A DNA stretch of 64,000 nt from Candidatus Poribacteria bacterium. GTDB taxonomy: Bacteria > Poribacteria > WGA-4E > WGA-3G. Location of the stretch: positions 1,056,001 through 1,120,000 of the forward strand of contig OZ243938.1 in NCBI GenBank assembly GCA_965214095.1. Direction: 5' to 3'. Below the pieces are notes generated by a model. It saw only the letters and a list, made by a program, of their open reading frames with translations. It made no database searches and had not been told where the DNA came from. Positions 52,361-61,722 of the stretch are shown here, in pieces (position 1 is the stretch's first letter; each line of letters begins with the position of its first letter). Both the position numbers and the translations under genes were made by a program.

Positions 52361-54106
52361 ATGAGCAGTAAGATATCTATTTTTCTAATGACTTTGACAT
52401 TTTGTATATCTGTCGGTACTGCCGCAAACGACAGTATAATCTTTAATGAAATACACAATGCTGTTGATGACAAACACGATTGGATTGAAATTAAGAATAT
52501 CACGAATCGTGAAATAAAGTTGAATTCGTGGGAAATTAGCATTGTTACGAGTAGTCAAGATGATGAGGATATAGTTTCGTTCTCAAGTAGAGGCTTAGAT
52601 TACAACCTGAAACCCGGTGCGTTGCTGCTGATTACCAACACACCACACACTCATACAGACTTAATCAAAGGACAAAATATAGCGGATCAGCCTCACAATC
52701 CAGATGTCACTCCGCTATATCTAATTGCAAGAGATCTGCACCTGCCCATTACACCCTATCTGTTAATTTTACGCAATCAACCTGATTTAAACGGCACTCC
52801 AGACCAAATAGAGGATGTTGCTGGTAACTACTACAGAGAAGTTGTTGAGGATAACACGGATATATGGCCGCTGCGCGACACAAAAGCATTTTTTGAGAAC
52901 ACGCAGTTTCTCACACAAGGGAAAGCGTGGCAACGAACAGAACCTATACGAGATGGTTATGACCCGCGTGCATGGGAGGAGAGCGGTTATAAATCTGGAC
53001 TCGGTTATGAAATGAATGCTGATAAAGCAACGAGTCTCGGCACTCCGGGCTATTCAAGCGATATTTACCTGAGAAATGTTAGCAGCGGTGAAGTTGTTTT
53101 CAGTGAAATAATGTTCGCAACGAACAAATTGTCATGGGTTGAACCGCAATGGATAGAACTTTACAACACATCCAATACGAAGGTTGTGGATTTAGAGGGA
53201 TGGTTGCTGATATTTGAGACTGATGATAGAGAAGTTGAAACACGAAATCAGTTTACGAGCATCAATTTGAAGTCAATGGAGATCTTGCCGAAGCAGACAG
53301 TATTATTGGTGACAGGTAAGAGTCGACATTCAGATAATATCCTTGATCGTCAAATCTACGACCTATCGGAACACCACGGGACAGAATTAGGACTTAACAC
53401 ATATCCATCTGTTATATTCGACGGTAAAGGGTTTTCACTGGAACTAAAATCCCCTGATAATACATCTGTGGACAAAGTTGGCAATATGTATGGCCAAGTA
53501 CGGAATTATGATTTGCTCTTTGAGTTTCCGTTTGGTCATAGAAACGGAGATAAAGCTCGGGTCTCCTGGATACGTCGCTTTAACGAAGATGGGACGGTAT
53601 CAACGGGGGATGAGTTGAAGAGTTGGAAACGCACTGCAAAACTAAAAGACTTTGAGTTTGCCGATGTAAGGAGTTATTACGGTAAAGAAACAGATATTGG
53701 AACGCCTGGCTATAGATCAACGACACCGCTACCGGAATCATTATCACTGCCGCTACCCGTCTCACTGTCTGATTTTAGTGCTGAAGTGATGGATACGGGA
53801 GTTGTCATCAAGTGGACAACGGAGTCGGAACTGAATAATGCAGGGTTCAATATCTATCGCAGTGAAACAAAGGAAGGTGAATTCACTGCTGTCAATGCAA
53901 CTCTGATTAAAGGTGCTGGTACTACGGGTGAAAGGAACGATTACACGTGGATAGATACCAGTGCTAAGCCGAATGTTGCTTATTACTATCAGATTGAGGA
54001 GGTGTCTTTTGCTGGTGAACGGCAGACGTTGACAATGCAACGATTGAAAGGGATTGTCTCTGCTAAGGATAGATTGACAACGCTTTGGGGGCAGTTGAAG
54101 CGGTAG
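52361..54106 (+). CDS. Secreted two-lamin-tail-domain protein, recent paralog of 38600-40277
   Basis: Signal peptide; long identical stretches shared with 38600-40277; LPVSLSDF...RLTTLWGQLKR tail. Confidence 0.88.
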   Translation: MSSKISIFLMTLTFCISVGTAANDSIIFNEIHNAVDDKHDWIEIKNITNREIKLNSWEISIVTSSQDDEDIVSFSSRGLDYNLKPGALLLITNTPHTHTDLIKGQNIADQPHNPDVTPLYLIARDLHLPITPYLLILRNQPDLNGTPDQIEDVAGNYYREVVEDNTDIWPLRDTKAFFENTQFLTQGKAWQRTEPIRDGYDPRAWEESGYKSGLGYEMNADKATSLGTPGYSSDIYLRNVSSGEVVFSEIMFATNKLSWVEPQWIELYNTSNTKVVDLEGWLLIFETDDREVETRNQFTSINLKSMEILPKQTVLLVTGKSRHSDNILDRQIYDLSEHHGTELGLNTYPSVIFDGKGFSLELKSPDNTSVDKVGNMYGQVRNYDLLFEFPFGHRNGDKARVSWIRRFNEDGTVSTGDELKSWKRTAKLKDFEFADVRSYYGKETDIGTPGYRSTTPLPESLSLPLPVSLSDFSAEVMDTGVVIKWTTESELNNAGFNIYRSETKEGEFTAVNATLIKGAGTTGERNDYTWIDTSAKPNVAYYYQIEEVSFAGERQTLTMQRLKGIVSAKDRLTTLWGQLKR

Positions 54107-54121
54107 TCAAATTTCGGATAC

Positions 54122-54228
54122 CGGTAGGTTCGGTTTCTTAACCGAACTGGTGTTTGTTCAGTCTCATAGATGCGGTTAGGAAATCCCATCTACCGGGGAG
54201 TGTACACATATTTTTACATTTCACTATA
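54122..54228. mobile_element. Inverted copy of the 11283-11389 REP/MITE element
   Basis: Manual alignment gives 7 mismatches over ~107 bp. Confidence 0.8.
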
Positions 54229-54345
54229 ATCGCAGACAACATTCTTGAAAGGAGGAATTAAGTTGCCAATTGTAATACGCGTTCTGTAATAAACGAAAGA
54301 GACCTATTTGTAGAAGTGCTAAAGAATGGCGACTAAAAACAAAAA

Positions 54346-55593
54346 ATGATAACTTTTAAACAAGAAGAATTTGAGAATGTAAGTGCAAAAATTAAGGTTA
54401 TTGGTGTAGGTGGAGCGGGTGGGAATGCTGTGAGACGTATGATTGAAGCTGCGCTCACAGGTATTGAATTTTATGCAGTTAACACAGATCAACAAGCCCT
54501 CCGTTCATGTCATGGTGCAACCCAAATTCAGATCGGTGAGAGCACGACCAAGGGCTTAGGGGCAGGCTCTAACCCAGAAATCGGAGCAAAGGCTGCTACA
54601 GAAGATCGTGAACACCTTCAAGAAATTGTTGATTCAGCAAATATGGTCTTTGTCGCAGCTGGTATGGGTGGTGGAACTGGCACGGGTGCAGCTCCAATTG
54701 TTGCATCTCTTGCGAAGGAAAAAGGTGCGTTAACTATCGGATTCGTGACACGACCTTTCAATTTTGAAGGAAGACGACGTGCCGAAAATGCTGAAGCAGG
54801 TTTGAAGGAACTCCGCAACAATGCAGACTCGGTCATCGTTGTACCTAACCAACGTCTGATTGACAACTTTGATAGAAAACTCACGATTCAAGACGCTTTT
54901 AAGATTGGAGACGAAATCCTATTACACGGTGTTAAAAGCATCTCTGATATTATGACTGAATCAGGTGAGATTAATGTTGACTTTGCAGACGTAGAGACTG
55001 TGATGCGAGATTCTGGAACAGCATTGATGGGTATGGGAAGAGCAACTGGTGATAATCGTGCAATTGTAGCTGCGGAGAAAGCTATTTCCTCACCGTTACT
55101 TGAAGAAACCAGTATTTCTGGTGCTGCTGGGATGATTGTCAATATCACATCTCCTCCTGATTTCACAATGGCTGAATTAGATGAAACAATGCAAGTCATT
55201 GTTGAAGCAGAAGAAGATGCAGAACCGATCTTTGGGTTAGTATACAGAGATAAGCAGGGATTCCAGGATGAAGTTCTGGTGACTGTTATTGCTACAGGCT
55301 TTGACCTGTCAGCAGAACCAAAATCTAATGTTGGACAGGGAATTGGTACGAGTGGCGGTTTCAATCGTCAAGTTCAACCAAATCCAATGCTACAAGGAAG
55401 TAGGGTTAGAAATAATGAGGTTGGGGTAGGAGGAAGAAGTCAATCTGACACACAACAGAATACGTGGGAACGTCAACCACAAGAAAGAGAAACGCGTTCA
55501 CCTCCTCGACCATCGACCCAAGAAAGGCCACCACGCGATGGACAGGAACAGCAAGAAAACACTGAGCAATTGACAGATGAGGAACAAGATTAG
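54346..55593 (+). CDS. ftsZ: Cell division protein FtsZ (stand-alone; lacks the canonical C-terminal peptide)
   Basis: KIKVIGVGGAGGNAV, NTD, GMGGGTGTG, PFNFEG, INVDFADV, VTVIATGF. Confidence 0.95.
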   Translation: MITFKQEEFENVSAKIKVIGVGGAGGNAVRRMIEAALTGIEFYAVNTDQQALRSCHGATQIQIGESTTKGLGAGSNPEIGAKAATEDREHLQEIVDSANMVFVAAGMGGGTGTGAAPIVASLAKEKGALTIGFVTRPFNFEGRRRAENAEAGLKELRNNADSVIVVPNQRLIDNFDRKLTIQDAFKIGDEILLHGVKSISDIMTESGEINVDFADVETVMRDSGTALMGMGRATGDNRAIVAAEKAISSPLLEETSISGAAGMIVNITSPPDFTMAELDETMQVIVEAEEDAEPIFGLVYRDKQGFQDEVLVTVIATGFDLSAEPKSNVGQGIGTSGGFNRQVQPNPMLQGSRVRNNEVGVGGRSQSDTQQNTWERQPQERETRSPPRPSTQERPPRDGQEQQENTEQLTDEEQD

Positions 55594-55849
55594 AATAGTG
55601 GTTTGGGTTGTGAAGACGTGCGCGGAGAATGTCCGAGACGCAATAAATTGCGCGACTACGAACCTGTCTTTTCTCTGTAATTGACACATATTGGTCTGAA
55701 ATACTTTACGGAAAACGTCCTGCACGGAGACGTTAAACCCGCAAATTACAAATAATACAAGTGTCCCTCAAAATCATTTGTAGTGCAGGATAAAAGGTTA
55801 GTACCAAAAACTTTACACACCCCTTTGAACTTTGACATCCAGGTATATT

Positions 55850-55986
55850 TATAGTAAACTTCTGAATTAATGGGACATTTTGAGATGTAGGAGGGAACTC
55901 CGATTCCTGATTATCACTGAGTTAACTCGCTATTCGGAGATCGCTTCTACAGGAACTTTGTATTATTGTTTTCAATGTTCACTATA
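55850..55986. mobile_element. TATAGT...ACTATA MITE-like element with REP doublet
   Basis: tatagtaaactt...ttcactata ends; internal tgtaggagggaactccgattcctga / tcgctattcggagatcgcttctaca. Confidence 0.65.
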
Positions 55987-56046
55987 GTTTTAAGAATTCA
56001 ACTTGATTCATGTTTACTAATAGTTTAGATGTCGTATCGGAATATT

Positions 56047-56574
56047 TATAGTAAAACGGACAATTAATGAAACATATTGTCCCAATTGCATATTCATATA
56101 ATGTCCGAGGCGCAATGATGGGGATTAATTTATTCTTTCGGTAATTCATAGACTTTTTAGATGCGATTAGGAAAATGTCTTCTGCGTCACTTGAGCCTAT
56201 GTTATGGACTAAAAGGTGCTGGTATTTGAAGACAGCAGCACCAGCAGTGCGGAATGTGTATAGAAAATGTATCGGACCTATAAGCAAGCACCAGCGGTGC
56301 GAAAGGTGTATCCCTATCCATATACGGACACCTGTCGCCCCTCTGGGACTTGTGTGATGGGTAGTATCGCCTTCCTATACACCTTTCGTCCCGCTGGGAC
56401 TGAGGACACGCATGAAATGAGTTGATCCTCTAAAATGACGGTTTTGGTGTGGTTAGGAAACCGGACCTGAGGGAATCGGGATTACCCAATTAATAAATTA
56501 ATCTTCATAATTGCGCGACTACAAACGCGTTTTTCTAAATGGAAAGTGTATTGTTAATTTCACATTTTACTATA
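56047..56574. mobile_element. Longer TATAGTAAAA...TTTTACTATA element carrying several REP types
   Basis: 10-bp perfect inverted ends; two direct and two inverted ccagcgg(t/g)(g/a)cgaaaggtgtat-type units at 56238-56400; aattgcgcgactaca at ~56509. Confidence 0.6.
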
Positions 56575-56736
56575 AATAACCCTAGTTGTATAATTAAATG
56601 ATAGTCACAAATCATATAATCTGATATAATACTGGATTTCATGGGGCTCTTTTTGTTTGGAGAAACATTATAGAGAAACTCATAAAGTTCTAAAAGTATT
56701 TTATAGGTGGTAACTTTCGGTTAGAAAGGGTAGAAA

Positions 56737-57876
56737 ATGAAGAATAAGAAGATTATCATCATTGGTGGTGGTGTGATTGGACTTGGTATCGGGTGGCAGC
56801 TGGCGAAAGCGGGTGCGGCTGTCACCATTCATGAGCGCGGAGAAGCCGGACGCGGTGCATCTTGGGCAGCCGGCGGTATGCTCGGTCCAATTGCAGAAGC
56901 ACATATAGACGAACTCGATCTCCTCAAACTCAGCAACCAAAGTTTAACGCGCTACCCGGAATGGGTTGATGAATTAGAAACCGAAACAGAGATGTCAATC
57001 GGTTACCGAGCAGAAGGCACGCTCATTATAGGAATTGAACCTGATGATACATATCAACTCCGGCATGCTTATACCTTATATGAAGATTTAGGGTTGAATG
57101 TAGCGTGGTTGAGCGGACAAGAAGCGCGTGAAATTGAAGGGGCACTCTCACCTTTTGTGACTGCAGCTATTCGTTGTGAAACTGACCATCAGGTTGATAA
57201 CCGACTGATGGTGCAGGCACTCCAACGTGCCTATCAGGGGCACGGCGGCGTGTTGCATCAAAATAGCACCGTCGAAAGAATTGTCGTAGAAAATGGAACC
57301 ACAACGGGTATTCAAACACAAGAAGGTTTTCAAGGTGCAGATGTGTGTATTCTCGCCGCTGGCTGCTGGTCTGGACAGATCAACGGGTTACCGGAGACGG
57401 TTATTCCTCCCGTGCGTCCCGTGAAGGGACAGATGTTGGCGTTACAAATGCGAGACGGCATTGTGATTAGTAACGTCATCCGCACCGTGAAGGCAAGGTA
57501 TCCGATACCTGTATATTTGGTTCCGAGAACCGATGGTAGACTTGTCGTCGGTGCGACAACGGAGGAACTGGGGTTTGATACGGAGCTGATCGTTGGTGGT
57601 ATCTATGAACTCCTGCACGGTGCGTTTGAAGCTGTGCCGGGGATTTATAAACTGCCACTTCTCGAAACTTGGACAGGTTTACGTCCCGGTAGCAGCGACA
57701 ATGCGCCTATACTAGGTAATACACCAGTCGAGAATCTAATATACGCAACGGGACACTATCGCAACGGTATCTTACTCACACCGATTACTGCTTACGAGAT
57801 TGCTAAGTTGGTTCTGACAGGTGAGACATCAGAGACAATCGCACCATTTCATTTGGATAGGTTTTCAAAGGAGTAG
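56737..57876 (+). CDS. thiO: Glycine oxidase
   Basis: IIGGGVIG, ASWAAGGML, PVKGQ, VYLVPR, GLRP, ATGHYRNGILL. Confidence 0.9.
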   Translation: MKNKKIIIIGGGVIGLGIGWQLAKAGAAVTIHERGEAGRGASWAAGGMLGPIAEAHIDELDLLKLSNQSLTRYPEWVDELETETEMSIGYRAEGTLIIGIEPDDTYQLRHAYTLYEDLGLNVAWLSGQEAREIEGALSPFVTAAIRCETDHQVDNRLMVQALQRAYQGHGGVLHQNSTVERIVVENGTTTGIQTQEGFQGADVCILAAGCWSGQINGLPETVIPPVRPVKGQMLALQMRDGIVISNVIRTVKARYPIPVYLVPRTDGRLVVGATTEELGFDTELIVGGIYELLHGAFEAVPGIYKLPLLETWTGLRPGSSDNAPILGNTPVENLIYATGHYRNGILLTPITAYEIAKLVLTGETSETIAPFHLDRFSKE

Positions 57877-57918
57877 GGTCTTTAGAGTAGTTATGCTATA
57901 TTTTTGAAAGGAAATCGG

Positions 57919-58164
57919 ATGATAAAACTAATCAGATTCGGTCTTTTTGTGGTAATCATAATTCCCGCATCTATTCTTCTGTTTGGAGACAACAGCAACT
58001 GGGGGAGTGGTTTGGTACTTATCGGTCTTGTCCTCGATTTTTGTTTATATACTTACTCAATTCATAGTGATGAGGATTCCGACTTCACAGAAAATCGTTT
58101 CAAAGTTTCTTTAGTCTCCTATATTTTTGCATTCTTTTTCATACTTTATACGATGTCGTCATAG
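57919..58164 (+). CDS. Small membrane protein (about 3 TM helices)
   Basis: aagga RBS; three hydrophobic segments. Confidence 0.6.
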   Translation: MIKLIRFGLFVVIIIPASILLFGDNSNWGSGLVLIGLVLDFCLYTYSIHSDEDSDFTENRFKVSLVSYIFAFFFILYTMSS

Positions 58165-58297
58165 TTTACTATAGTTTGGACTATTTATTGAGGACTTCAA
58201 ATCGTAGATTGGACGAATGTAAGATGGACAATGAAGTGCGCGAATATGAACGCGTTTATCTAGGGTAAATTATTGAATTAATGCCTATATATTGATC

Positions 58298-58491
58298 AGG
58301 CGAGGTTAGGAAACCTCGCCTACCGTGGGTAGTGGGAAATTGGGGTTTGAAACCGCTCCAACAAGAGGACAGCACACGGCGTGTGCCTACTACTTTGCAT
58401 CGGTGTTGGGAAACCTAATGTAAGAGCGAGGTTAGAAAACCTCGCCTACCATGGAGTGGGTAATTGTGAGGTTAGGAAACCGCTCCAACAA
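58298..58491. repeat. Tandem REP units (gcgaggttag(g/a)aaacctcgcctacc...aaaccgctccaacaa) x2 flanking a gcacacggcgtgtgc hairpin
   Basis: Direct inspection. Confidence 0.7.
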
Positions 58492-58548
58492 TGTGAGAGA
58501 ATGTAAGGTTTATTGTTAATTTCAAAAAAGAATAAGGAGTTTATAATT

Positions 58549-60396
58549 ATGATCACACAGATTAAATCCAGTTTTTTGTTTTACATGTTTACGTTATTTA
58601 TGTGCCTCAATTCCGTTTTCTTATGGAACGCTGATGCACAAGATGAACAAAAACCCATTGCCGGACCGGTCGGGACCAACTATATCTATGAGACGATTGA
58701 AGTTCCCGGTGTCAACTTGTTGGAAGTGGCTGCAAGCAACGACTTTGGTGATTACGCAGGTAACACCCGTAGTGCTGATGGCAAAAAAACGATCGGTTTT
58801 ACATTGATTGATGGTGTCTTTACGACTCACGATTTTCCGGGGTCGGTCAATACCTATTTCTTTGCACTGGACAACGTTGGAAAAGCTGCGGGATTCTTCA
58901 TTGATGCCGATGGACTTTACCACGGTGTCATCTTGGATGATGGCAAACTCACGCAATACGATTTCCCCGGGGCGACCGAAACTCTCATCTTCGGTCTTAG
59001 TGATGAGACGGGGGCACTGAGTGGCAATATCGTTGATGCCGAAGGTGTTACACGTGCATTCTCAGGAGATCTGGTAATTACATTTCCGGGTGCTGTGAAA
59101 ACTTATGGCGACTTTGTCAACGCTGCCGGTGTTATCGTTGGTAGTTACGAAGATGCCGATGGCATGAATCATGGGTTCATTCGTAGTCCTGATGGTAGTT
59201 TTACGACTATCGACGTTCCAGATGCAACGGATCTTCAGTTTCTATTTGTGAACGCTATTAACGATAACGGCGTTGTCATCTTCAGGGCAAAAGCTGTGGA
59301 CGATATTCCGCGTTCCTATATCCTGTTTCCCGGCGGTGTTCCGTATGAACTGCGAGTCCCGGGCAGTGTTAGCACTGTGATCCGTAATATTAATCAAGAC
59401 GGTAGTATTATCGGTTATTATGATACACAGGACGGCCGTAGACTCGGCTTCGCTGCGAAGCCTGCGACACCAGCAGACAGAGCAAAGTTTGGTAATACCT
59501 TTGCAATGCATCTGACGAAAGGTTTGAACATGCTGTCTGTGCCGTTGCAACCGACTCTCCACATGACAGCACGGTCGCTTGCAGTGAAGACCGGTGCGAC
59601 GACAGTCATCGCGTTAGATGCCGAAAACCAACGTTTCATTGGTTGGACACGGAGTGCACCGAACGACGGCTTTCCTATTGAAGGCGCAAAAGGGTATATC
59701 ATCAACTTACGAGAGTCACGCAATGTTGTTTTCACTGGAACAATGTGGACGGATCAGACCCAGACACCAGCATCCGCACCTGCGATATCCCAAACAGAGA
59801 AAGCGTGGGCGTTTGTTGTTAGTGGACATTTGGAAGGCAAACGCACTTATGATGACTACCGGGTGATCGTCCGCAACCTGAGAACAAAGAGCACAATCAC
59901 TGCCTCGGTGCAGGGTGATTATTTCGCGGCTGCAACTGCTGACTTAGCGCGACGTAGCGTTGTTCAAGTTGGAGACGTGATTGAATTACAGGTCATCGGT
60001 CCCTATGGAAATGTTGAATCACAGACCTTCAGTGTTAAAGTAACCCCTGAGAACTTGGCAAACGTGGTTTTGTCTATCAGACTTGATGGTATCGGTAAGC
60101 CGACTCAGAATCACTTGTTGCAGAACTACCCGAATCCGTTTAACCCTGAGACGTGGATTCCATATCAACTCTCACAAGACAGTGCTGTCTCAGTATCCAT
60201 ATTTGATACAACTGGTAAGTTGATACGTTCACTTTCACTCGGTTTTCAATCCTCAGGCTTTTATAATAGTCAGGGACGTTCCGCGTATTGGGATGGGAAA
60301 AACGAACTCGGTGAATCTGTTTCGAGTGGGGTGTATTTCTATACTCTCACCGCAGGAGATTTTACTGCGACTCGCAGGATGTTGATACTGAAATAG
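58549..60396 (+). CDS. Secreted protein with extracellular beta-propeller-like (HAF-type) repeats and FlgD-Ig/T9SS-like C-terminal domain
   Basis: aaggag RBS, signal peptide; repeats DFPG..T....(I/L)N..G.(I/V)(V/I)G.Y; NYPNPFNPETWIPYQL...RRMLILK. Confidence 0.82.
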   Translation: MITQIKSSFLFYMFTLFMCLNSVFLWNADAQDEQKPIAGPVGTNYIYETIEVPGVNLLEVAASNDFGDYAGNTRSADGKKTIGFTLIDGVFTTHDFPGSVNTYFFALDNVGKAAGFFIDADGLYHGVILDDGKLTQYDFPGATETLIFGLSDETGALSGNIVDAEGVTRAFSGDLVITFPGAVKTYGDFVNAAGVIVGSYEDADGMNHGFIRSPDGSFTTIDVPDATDLQFLFVNAINDNGVVIFRAKAVDDIPRSYILFPGGVPYELRVPGSVSTVIRNINQDGSIIGYYDTQDGRRLGFAAKPATPADRAKFGNTFAMHLTKGLNMLSVPLQPTLHMTARSLAVKTGATTVIALDAENQRFIGWTRSAPNDGFPIEGAKGYIINLRESRNVVFTGTMWTDQTQTPASAPAISQTEKAWAFVVSGHLEGKRTYDDYRVIVRNLRTKSTITASVQGDYFAAATADLARRSVVQVGDVIELQVIGPYGNVESQTFSVKVTPENLANVVLSIRLDGIGKPTQNHLLQNYPNPFNPETWIPYQLSQDSAVSVSIFDTTGKLIRSLSLGFQSSGFYNSQGRSAYWDGKNELGESVSSGVYFYTLTAGDFTATRRMLILK

Positions 60397-60442
60397 TATC
60401 ATAAGACCTTATGATAGTTGGATTAGGAGCATAATTATCTGC

Positions 60443-60471
60443 TTGACATCCACACACCGTTTTGTTAACAT
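60443..60471 (+). promoter_or_regulatory. Sigma70-type promoter TTGACA-17-TAACAT
   Basis: Direct motif match with extended -10 TG. Confidence 0.55.
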
Positions 60472-60538
60472 TGCAAAAATCAGTTCTTACATATATCATC
60501 GTATCAATGTTAACCAGTGAATTATTTGAGGAGAAAAC

Positions 60539-61588
60539 ATGGCACACACATATAAGACCGTTCTCATTGGATGTGGACGGATGGGGGCAACGATTGATGA
60601 TGAGGTTGCAAACCGTCCGGATAGTTTTATTTGGCAACCTTTCTCGCATGCAGCGGCTGCTGTTGCTTGTGAAAGAACTCATCTTATTGCCGTTTCCGAT
60701 GTTTTTGAAGAGAAGGCAGAAGCAATACGTAAACGTTATGGAGCAGAACGCGCCTATACAGATTATCAAGAGATGATTGAGAAGGAAAAACCTGACATCG
60801 TTTGTATTGCAACACGTCCCGGACCACATGCTGATATTACTGTTTTTGCTGCAGAAAACGGAGTTAAGGGGATATATTGTGAAAAACCGCTTTGCTGTTC
60901 TATGGAAGAAGCAGATATCATAGTGGATGTTGTTGAAAAGCATGGGGTTAAGTTTAACTATGGGACACAACGACGTTACATGCCGATTTATCGCAAAGTG
61001 CGCGAACTCGTTGACGCAGGGGAGATCGGAGATATCCAGTGTACAATAGCACAATATGGTGCCGGCTCAGCACTCTGGGGATTAACACATGCTGCTGATA
61101 TGCTCTTGTTTCTGGCTAAAGATCCTGAAGTTGACTTTGTTCAAGGCACTATCTCTTGTAAAGACTCGGATTGGGATGGTAACCGGTTGAATGTTGATCC
61201 TGGAATACAATGTGGGTATATACGTTATTCTAATGGAGTTCACGGATATAATACTGCCGGTACTGGTCCTGAATATGAAGTCTGTGGCACAGGTGGTAAA
61301 ATCCGTATTCAAAATAATAGTAGAGAAATCCAATTCCGTAAGAAGCAGGGGACATTTTATGAAGAAGTTCCGTTTCCCGATGTCTCTCGCGCAACTGGAA
61401 CCGTAATGGGTATCACGGACATTGCAGAAGCACTTGATGAAGACAGAGAGACAAAGGGACCTGCACATCTTGCCCGCCGCAGTCAAGAAACGTTGATGGG
61501 TATGATTGAATCAAGTCGTTTGGGTGGTCAACGGGTTGCACTTCCAATGGAAAACCGTTCGCTGTATGTTACAAGAGATAACTGGTAG
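60539..61588 (+). CDS. Gfo/Idh/MocA family oxidoreductase
   Basis: LIGCGRMG, GIYCEKPL, GLTH; gagga RBS. Confidence 0.9.
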   Translation: MAHTYKTVLIGCGRMGATIDDEVANRPDSFIWQPFSHAAAAVACERTHLIAVSDVFEEKAEAIRKRYGAERAYTDYQEMIEKEKPDIVCIATRPGPHADITVFAAENGVKGIYCEKPLCCSMEEADIIVDVVEKHGVKFNYGTQRRYMPIYRKVRELVDAGEIGDIQCTIAQYGAGSALWGLTHAADMLLFLAKDPEVDFVQGTISCKDSDWDGNRLNVDPGIQCGYIRYSNGVHGYNTAGTGPEYEVCGTGGKIRIQNNSREIQFRKKQGTFYEEVPFPDVSRATGTVMGITDIAEALDEDRETKGPAHLARRSQETLMGMIESSRLGGQRVALPMENRSLYVTRDNW

Positions 61589-61617
61589 GATCTGTACAGA
61601 TAATTCTGAATATCACA

Positions 61618-61685
61618 TTGTCAAAATCCTGTGAAAATGACAATATCATCATTTCTGTTGTCAAAAACAGGCAAAAATGATAATA
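61618..61685. repeat. Two tandem TTGTCA-N14-TGA(C/T)AA palindromes, period 40
   Basis: Copies at 61618-61643 and 61658-61683. Confidence 0.6.
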
Positions 61686-61722
61686 GACATTATACGAATT
61701 TAAATTACAGTTGATTTCAATT

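Noticed and set aside
38600-54106. DGR template/variable repeat pair
   Set aside because: Both copies are coding, differences are not adenine-specific, and there is no reverse transcriptase in the window.
55815-55849. TPP-riboswitch-like stretch cccctttgaactttgacatccaggtat about 900 bp upstream of thiO
   Set aside because: No CTGAGA motif or P1/P5 pairing; it sits between two repeat ends and too far from thiO.
55982-56357. Small ORFs between ftsZ and thiO
   Set aside because: They lie within REP/MITE sequence and show no transposase motifs.
60362-61054. 230-aa minus-strand ORF
   Set aside because: Antisense to a clear Gfo/Idh/MocA gene; no motifs.
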